Positions 7,082-11,910 of a DNA stretch of 11,910 nucleotides are shown here, piece after piece. Both the position numbers and the translations under genes were made by a program. Where the stretch lies: contig JBAXJR010000058.1 in NCBI GenBank assembly GCA_037137755.1, forward strand, positions 1-11,910, given 5' to 3'. How positions within the stretch are numbered: the stretch's first letter is position 1; every line of letters starts with the position of its first letter. The DNA is from Methanomicrobiales archaeon. Its GTDB lineage: Archaea; Halobacteriota; Methanomicrobia; Methanomicrobiales; Methanospirillaceae. The notes under the pieces were generated by a model, which had not been told where the DNA came from, did no database searches, and worked only from the letters and a program-made list of their open reading frames with translations.

Positions 7082-10000
7082 TGGCCGGCACCGCCTTTCA
7101 CTGAGCCAGATGACCTAGCCTCCCGGTCATAACAGTCCTGGCAAAGATGTACCCCCGCTTCCTTGTCGATGAACACCGCTTTCCCGAGGTTGCACACCGA
7201 GCAGCGGCCGATATCTTTCGATATCCTCACCATCCGCCCGATGACAATAGTCCCGGGCAGGGGTGGAGCCTTAGTCTGCTCCTTCCTCCTGGCCATCTCG
7301 TAACATTTCTTACAGATCCGTATTGCCATCTTGTCCTTGCGGGCGTTGCGGGCCGGTGTTACTTTCTCAATATACTCTGCACCCCTCCGGCCACAGGCTG
7401 CACACTTGGTACGTTGTTCGGAGCAGTCGAGTGGTTTGAAATCCCGACACGAGATCACGATTGGACTTGCCTGCAGAAGGGGCAACTTGCCTGCAGTTTC
7501 CTGCATCTTTCCTGCAGTTTGCTGCAGTTGCAGGCACATGATTCGGGGATCTGGCGGGGCCGGTTCTGGTAAAGGAGATAGTTTGTCTGACTTTCGATTT
7601 GACTTGCCTGCAATTTCAGGATCATAGAGAGAGTCGTGTGTGGTATCTTGTGCATCATCGTGGGGCCCCATGCGTTCTGATTTGCAGGCAACTACTCTGT
7701 TACTTACACATAAGTGTGTGTAATTATCTTTAGTTTGAGAATCCACGGCCCAATTATCTGTTGCAATGTTGCCTGCAGTTGCAGGCAAGTCAAAATTGGC
7801 ATGAATGCATAAACATGGGTTCCCGCTTTCCATTTGAGAATCAGAGGTATCTGAATCGTTTGCGAAGTTGACGGAATTTGTTCCTGCAGAAACAGGATTG
7901 CAGGCAAGTCGGGGCCTTGTGTCAAAGCCTTCATCGCCATCATCGTTTCCATCGATCCACACACCGCCGCCCGAGCACCAGGAGTGATACAATACCTGGT
8001 CAAAGGTGTAGGCGTTTGCCCGTCTCCGCATAGAAATCCCTGAAATTTCTTCTTCGCTGACTACGGTCCTGTCAGAGAATGAAATCGACGGGCACTTTTC
8101 CAGCAGTCCCGAATAAGTCGCACCGCGACTGGCGTACCCGTGCATGACCTTATAAATGGCATGATATGACAGACCGGTTGCTTTCTGGAGCATCGATATG
8201 GTAAACTCCGACCACCCTCCTTTTTGAATGGTAATGACCATGTCGGATTCCTTCTTTGTCAGCTTTGTCGCCTGGCCCCCGGTCGTCCCATTCAATAGAC
8301 CATACAATTTCACGGCATCATCGAAATCCTCCCGGGTGGCGACGATACATGACACCCCATTGGCCTCGATCCGTTCCCGCTGCTGAAACCGGATCACGGC
8401 ATTTGACTTGATGAGGTCCAGTAACATCTCCGGGTTTCTCCGGTTATCATTCGCCTGGAATTTTATCTTGTCTGCGAACGGGATGACAACATAGAACCGC
8501 TCGGCCCCGATCAACTCCCACATAGCACGACATACCAGCACCTGCGGCCGTTCCTCTGCCCCCTGCGGCAAGACCCGGCTTTGTTGTAGTACCCTTGCGA
8601 GGACCCTGTTGTCCTGCTCTGGAGTGTCATCTATCCAGCAGGTGAGCATCCGGTTGAAGACCTGGTCATCGCCGGACCCTTCGACCTTCGCCACCCACCA
8701 GATGCACCGCTCCGGTATGGTGCATACCTGCCCCTTCCGGTCCTTGTTCACCGTCCGGTAGAGGAATGGTTTCCGGAACGATGTGGTGACACCCTTGAGG
8801 ATCTCGGACATATCTTCGGACAGGCTGGTGTCATCGAGGACGATGGCCATACCGGGCTGCAGGCCTTCCATGTAGAACAAGGCCTTGTTGGACATGGCCC
8901 CGGATATCCTGAACCGTTCCGGGACCTGCTTCAACATGGTCGTGAACGTATGACTTTTCCCTTTGCCGCTTTCGCCGGTAACTGATACGTGCAGGCCGTT
9001 GGTGTTGATGACTGACCGGCTTGCGAGCGATAGGATAAGACATTCAGCAGCGGTCTCATCGCCTTCATGGTCGAGGGCAAAGGCCTTGAGCATCCCGCCT
9101 TTCGGATCCCCGTGTTGCAGGACCGCCGTTGCTTCCCCGACGCCCTCCATCGTACTAAACGACGGGGCCGGAGGTGGCCCGCCAGGTGGCGGCCGAGGGT
9201 TGCTGCTGTTTTTTCGTTTTCCTTTCGGTTCGTAACGGTCGCGGAGTTCATCCCAGTGCTGTTTCCCGCTACCACCACACGAGGCATGGTGACACCCGGC
9301 GAAAATCCCACCGCTCACGAACTGGATTGCAAAGGCACCATCCTTGTGAGCACTGGAGAACGGGCACTCATCCAGGTTGTACAGGGTCCCTCCTTCGTAT
9401 GGTTTCTGACTGGCGACACCAAGCCCATGGTCACTGAGCCATTTCGGTAGGTCAAGGGTACGTTCAGGCTGGCCCCCGGCCCGTGGCCGGGCCGCTGCCG
9501 GTGCAGCGGGGGAGCTCGGAAGAGCGCCGGCCAGCCGTTCGAACTGCACCAGAGTTATCACCCCAGCACATTCCGGGGTGTCGATTATCCGGGCCCTGCG
9601 GTGAGGCCTGCTCCTGGTACTGTCGCCCTTCCGTGATACGGTCCCGTAAAGTTTCCAGATCCGTGCAGCATTGTGGTTCGCGGTATCGATGGTTGCTACA
9701 CCGTCAGAGAATATCGTGGATAGTGTTTCAAGACAGTGCTTCACCAGGTCCCGGGATGGATCGTCATTCGGCAGGTCAATCCGGTAGAGCAGGTGTGCAC
9801 CATTTCCTGAATCTGCCATGACCGGCATCGGCCATCCGTGGTCTTCGCTGAGAAATGTTGCAACCTTCACGGCCATGTCAAGGGCTGCCTGGTGCTCTTC
9901 ATCGGTTGAGGATACACCAGAGGGCCGGATAGGATCGATATCTACCGGGAACCACCGACGCCGGATGATGTCTGCGTCAGCCGTGGTCGCGTCCTTCTTC

Positions 10001-10239
10001 GAAAGGCGCATCTTGATCCGGTTCGCCCGCCGGGAGAGCAGGGTGGGGTTCACCTCGTTCAGGGTGACATAGATCCCCTGAACCGTGCCAATGCCATCAA
10101 GCGCTGATACTTTTGCCGCCAGCTCCTGGTGCGAGTCAAAATAACCGGAGGCCATGCCATCGTCGGTTATCACCCGCACTTCGATAACATGGTCCGGGGC
10201 AAAAAGGACCGAGGCTGATGTTGTGAGGTCATCGGTCAT
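7078..10239 (-). CDS. Replication protein: AEP-superfamily primase(-polymerase), Zn-binding domain, AAA+ (MCM-like) helicase, low-complexity linker and two C-terminal C4 zinc fingers
   Basis: AEP motifs VDID (~9934-9945), SGNGAH (9793-9810) and IDTANHNAARIWKLYGT; CPFSSAH...CHHASC Zn site; Walker A GESGKGKS (8953-8976); Walker B IVLDD; putative Arg finger FNRM; MCM-like lid RRNPEMLLDLIKSNA...ATREDFDDAVKLY; C-terminal CAAC...CKKC and CSVC...CQDC. Confidence 0.85.
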   Translation of the reverse strand: MTDDLTTSASVLFAPDHVIEVRVITDDGMASGYFDSHQELAAKVSALDGIGTVQGIYVTLNEVNPTLLSRRANRIKMRLSKKDATTADADIIRRRWFPVDIDPIRPSGVSSTDEEHQAALDMAVKVATFLSEDHGWPMPVMADSGNGAHLLYRIDLPNDDPSRDLVKHCLETLSTIFSDGVATIDTANHNAARIWKLYGTVSRKGDSTRSRPHRRARIIDTPECAGVITLVQFERLAGALPSSPAAPAAARPRAGGQPERTLDLPKWLSDHGLGVASQKPYEGGTLYNLDECPFSSAHKDGAFAIQFVSGGIFAGCHHASCGGSGKQHWDELRDRYEPKGKRKNSSNPRPPPGGPPPAPSFSTMEGVGEATAVLQHGDPKGGMLKAFALDHEGDETAAECLILSLASRSVINTNGLHVSVTGESGKGKSHTFTTMLKQVPERFRISGAMSNKALFYMEGLQPGMAIVLDDTSLSEDMSEILKGVTTSFRKPFLYRTVNKDRKGQVCTIPERCIWWVAKVEGSGDDQVFNRMLTCWIDDTPEQDNRVLARVLQQSRVLPQGAEERPQVLVCRAMWELIGAERFYVVIPFADKIKFQANDNRRNPEMLLDLIKSNAVIRFQQRERIEANGVSCIVATREDFDDAVKLYGLLNGTTGGQATKLTKKESDMVITIQKGGWSEFTISMLQKATGLSYHAIYKVMHGYASRGATYSGLLEKCPSISFSDRTVVSEEEISGISMRRRANAYTFDQVLYHSWCSGGGVWIDGNDDGDEGFDTRPRLACNPVSAGTNSVNFANDSDTSDSQMESGNPCLCIHANFDLPATAGNIATDNWAVDSQTKDNYTHLCVSNRVVACKSERMGPHDDAQDTTHDSLYDPEIAGKSNRKSDKLSPLPEPAPPDPRIMCLQLQQTAGKMQETAGKLPLLQASPIVISCRDFKPLDCSEQRTKCAACGRRGAEYIEKVTPARNARKDKMAIRICKKCYEMARRKEQTKAPPLPGTIVIGRMVRISKDIGRCSVCNLGKAVFIDKEAGVHLCQDCYDREARSSGSVKGGAGQ
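7464..7910. repeat. Dispersed direct and inverted iteron-like repeats, consensus GACTTGCCTGCA, inside the rep gene
   Basis: Exact TTGCCTGCA on + at 7467, 7487, 7604, 7769 and its reverse complement TGCAGGCAA at 7683, 7780, 7899. Degenerate copies at 7496-7505, 7507-7516, 7517-7526, 7529-7536, 7881-7888. Perfect 16-bp inverted pair at 7598-7613 and 7779-7794. Confidence 0.9.
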
Positions 10240-10426
10240 TATCCCCCGTTCCAGGCGGATCGCTTATTACGTCAGTTATGAGGAGAAAACAAAACCCTTC
10301 GTTCTTAAACCGGCGGGGATTAGCCGTGTGACAAATCTCCCCTTTACAGAATACCGTACCATTCGAATAGGAGATGTACGGGCAGATCTTCCGCGGTACC
10401 GGTGTATTCGGTATCTCACACCCCAT
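10229..10426 (-). CDS. 65-aa Cys-rich hypothetical protein (probable zinc binder)
   Basis: MGCEIPNTPVPRKICPYISYSNGTVFCKGEICHTANPRRFKNEGFCFLL...; ATG at 10426 with upstream GAGGT; 11-nt overlaps with both the nuclease stop and the rep start. Confidence 0.65.
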   Translation of the reverse strand: MGCEIPNTPVPRKICPYISYSNGTVFCKGEICHTANPRRFKNEGFCFLLITDVISDPPGTGDNDR

Positions 10427-10772
10427 GATCGCTGACCTCGCAGATCCCGCCAGGTAAAATCGAATAGAAACGCCATCCCTTGTTAAGGGTCCAGACCCAC
10501 AGCTCCACGTTTGAACCGACCGGTCTGGCCATGCGGCGCAGTGCTTCAATATCACGCCGGTATGCCTGGGCGATAAGAGCCGTCCCGTCGATGTGCGTTT
10601 TGTTCCGCTTCACCTGGACGAGGACCGGGTGGCCAGAGTCCTGCCATGCGACCAGGTCGATCGGTGAGAGTGATCCGGCATTCCGGACCACCTGGTACCC
10701 TCCGTCAACGAGGAGGTCCCGGGCGAGGTATTCTACTTCCCGCCCTTTTGTATAGGTTGTCCGGGCCGGCAT
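10416..10772 (-). CDS. Hjc-like Holliday junction resolvase / PD-(D/E)xK endonuclease (118 aa)
   Basis: YTKGREVE..A..LL..GGYQVVRNAGS.SPIDLVAW....VLVQVK follows the archaeal Hjc pattern (G..E, R.AGS, DL.A, E/QxK). ATG at 10772 follows SD-like GGGGGCTGA, 5 nt after the upstream stop. Confidence 0.8.
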   Translation of the reverse strand: MPARTTYTKGREVEYLARDLLVDGGYQVVRNAGSLSPIDLVAWQDSGHPVLVQVKRNKTHIDGTALIAQAYRRDIEALRRMARPVGSNVELWVWTLNKGWRFYSILPGGICEVSDHGV

Positions 10773-10777
10773 GGTGT

Positions 10778-11191
10778 TCAGCCCCCTGGACAACGGGAAA
10801 ATGTTGATGAGGGGATCATTGTCCCGACCTTCTTCTTTCTCATGCATGCACAGCCGTGGGTGCAGGCTTCCAGGTCGCGGTCTGAGCAATCGTATCGACC
10901 GAAACACGAAGGGCGGCAGAACACCAGCAGGGCGGTATCCAGCCGGTTGATCTCTGACTGGACCGGGGCCAGTTCGGCGTGCATCCGTTCAATATTCCTG
11001 GACCTGATCTGTTGTTCCAGGACCAGGTGGACTGACCGTGCTGCCATAAGCGCGTCTTTCTGTTCCTGGTCGCTGTCGATCACCGGCGAAAGACACTTGT
11101 CATTGCAATTGCATACATGGAATACGGCAGTGGTATTCTCGTTCTTGGTAGTTTGTGAATCGCTGCTGCCGTTACCTATTGCTTCATTCAT
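10778..11191 (-). CDS. Hypothetical protein, coiled coil flanked by Cys-rich segments (137 aa)
   Basis: ATG 11191 in ATGA overlap with the upstream stop, GAGGT SD upstream; CNCNDKC and CRPSC...C...CTHGCAC clusters around a heptad-like helix. Confidence 0.7.
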   Translation of the reverse strand: MNEAIGNGSSDSQTTKNENTTAVFHVCNCNDKCLSPVIDSDQEQKDALMAARSVHLVLEQQIRSRNIERMHAELAPVQSEINRLDTALLVFCRPSCFGRYDCSDRDLEACTHGCACMRKKKVGTMIPSSTFSRCPGG

Positions 11192-11316
11192 TTGTTGACC
11201 TCGTTGTCAGCAATAATTTTCCCGGTCTGCTCGGCCCATTTGGTGAGCCCCTCCATCCCGGTCTGTTGTTCAAAGGCAGTCCATACTGCGCGCGATGCCA
11301 TTACTTCAGTGGTCAT
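11188..11316 (-). CDS. 42-aa hypothetical protein; not in the ORF track
   Basis: Manual translation: MTTEVMASRAVWTAFEQQTGMEGLTKWAEQTGKIIADNEVNK*. It exactly fills the gap, with ATGA overlaps at both ends (11316-11313 and 11191-11188). Confidence 0.7.
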   Translation of the reverse strand: MTTEVMASRAVWTAFEQQTGMEGLTKWAEQTGKIIADNEVNK

Positions 11317-11465
11317 GTAGGCACCGCCTGGCGGAGTAAGTGTCGGAATACAGCACCGTCTTCGCTGGTGTTCAGTTTGACTTTCAATATCTCCACGCGG
11401 GCGTCATCCAGCGCGGATATCCGCAGTGACTTCCGCCCGGTTAATAATTCCCGATTCTCGGTCAT
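11313..11465 (-). CDS. 50-aa ribbon-helix-helix (CopG/Arc-like) transcriptional regulator, first gene of the operon
   Basis: MTENRELLTGRKSLRISALDDARVEILKVKLNTSEDGAVFRHLLRQAVPT: beta strand KSLRIS, helix, turn, then (S/G)xVFRxLL helix. ATG 11465 lies ~25-30 nt downstream of a TTTAAA box. Confidence 0.7.
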   Translation of the reverse strand: MTENRELLTGRKSLRISALDDARVEILKVKLNTSEDGAVFRHLLRQAVPT

Positions 11466-11603
11466 ACAAACTAATACGTGTGTTACAAATTTAAAAATTG
11501 TCATGCGTGTATCGTATTGTAACACAAATGTATTACCTGCAATTTTTGTAACGCGCAAACTTTTATGTATATATAACTATCAATCTGTGTTACGGTGTAT
11601 GAC
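11466..11603. promoter_or_regulatory. AT-rich divergent promoter/operator region
   Basis: TATA-like TTTAAA at 11490-11495 (for the minus operon) and TATATATAA at 11568-11576 (for the plus gene). Inverted repeat TGTGTTACAA 11479-11488 / TTGTAACACA 11517-11526; further half-sites TTGTAAC 11546-11552 and TGTGTTAC 11586-11593. Confidence 0.75.
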
Positions 11604-11849
11604 ATGAGTAACAACGCGGATGATACCATCCATGTCAGGCTTGGGTCGGCAGAGAAAAAACAGCTGGTCGTAAAATTTGCAAAAGAAAACGGCTACCCCG
11701 ACACGAGCGAGTTCATACGCTACCTGATAGATAACGAAATGGGGTCCCCGCAGGAGGAGACAGAAGATCCGTTTATAATAAAATTGCGGGCTTCCCTGAA
11801 GAAACCTGAAGTAAAAAAGATAATTCATGAAATATTAAAAGAGAAATAA
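11604..11849 (+). CDS. 81-aa ribbon-helix-helix transcriptional regulator with C-terminal helical extension
   Basis: TIHVRLGSAEKKQLVVKFAKENGYPDTSEFIRYLID fits the RHH pattern (I.VRL strand, A...G turn, SEFIR helix). ATG 11604 preferred over GTG 11595, ~28 nt after the TATA box. Confidence 0.8.
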   Translation: MSNNADDTIHVRLGSAEKKQLVVKFAKENGYPDTSEFIRYLIDNEMGSPQEETEDPFIIKLRASLKKPEVKKIIHEILKEK

Positions 11850-11852
11850 CCG

Positions 11853-11878
11853 TTTTTTATTCAGTTGCCAGTTTTTTT
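11853..11878 (+). terminator. Putative archaeal oligo-T terminator
   Basis: T6 (11853-11858) and T7 (11872-11878) tracts directly after the RHH stop codon. Confidence 0.45.
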
Positions 11879-11910
11879 ATGTATTCCCTGCCTTCTTCAG
11901 ACCGGAGGTA

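Larger units (their letters stand above)
6460..11910. mobile_element. Replication/regulation module of an integrated plasmid- or virus-like element (boundaries not defined; probably continues beyond the window)
   Basis: Primase-helicase fusion, Hjc-like nuclease, two divergent RHH genes and several tiny zinc-finger ORFs in a compact overlapping operon, a gene set typical of archaeal integrative elements and proviruses. No integrase or att site seen in the window. Confidence 0.8.

Noticed and set aside
7464-7910. Repeat cluster as a CRISPR array
   Set aside because: Units are only 9-16 bp, irregularly spaced, in both orientations and inside an intact ORF; no cas genes are present.
7147-10435. 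Plus-strand and alternate-frame ORFs overlapping rep
   Set aside because: Shadows of the 1053-aa gene, with no motif or start-signal support.
10276-10476. 66-aa minus ORF (MAFLFDFT...)
   Set aside because: The competing frame 10229-10426 has an SD, a Cys pattern and tidy overlaps with both neighbours.
11599-11607. Mini-ORF ATGACATGA (Met-Thr-stop) overlapping the RHH start
   Set aside because: Probably a by-product of the TGTATGAC motif; no evidence of function can be drawn from the sequence alone.
11155-11828. ORFs 11155-11607 (+), 11580-11828 (-) and the N-terminal extension of 11313-11558
   Set aside because: They run through the AT-rich promoter region or are antisense to the RHH genes.
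11313-11849. RHH genes as toxin-antitoxin antitoxins
   Set aside because: No adjacent PIN, RelE or MazF-like toxin is recognisable in the window; the divergent layout fits regulators better, though sequence beyond 11910 is unseen.

Overview
The window has two parts and most likely comes from a Methanomicrobiales (Methanoregula-like) archaeon; this is inferred from the kinase signatures and archaeal promoter/SD features. Left (1-6554, + strand): two translationally coupled multi-PAS sensor histidine kinases, the first 5'-truncated by the window edge and the second a REC-9xPAS-HisKA-HATPase hybrid. Right (~6460-11910): the replication and regulatory module of an integrated plasmid- or virus-like element. 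It is a tightly coupled minus-strand operon of nine genes: RHH regulator, 42-aa peptide, Cys-rich protein, Hjc-like nuclease, Cys4 protein, 1053-aa AEP-primase/AAA+ helicase fusion, 43-aa CxxCxGxG zinc finger, 54-aa zinc finger and a basic protein. A second RHH gene is transcribed divergently. The strongest unexplained signals are (i) an iteron-like array of TTGCCTGCA repeats in both orientations around an AT-rich core inside the primase-helicase gene (candidate intragenic origin), (ii) a two-RHH divergent switch with GTTAC/GTAAC operator repeats, and (iii) a near-copy of the iteron in the middle of that switch. No integrase, tRNA, att site, capsid gene or CRISPR array is visible.
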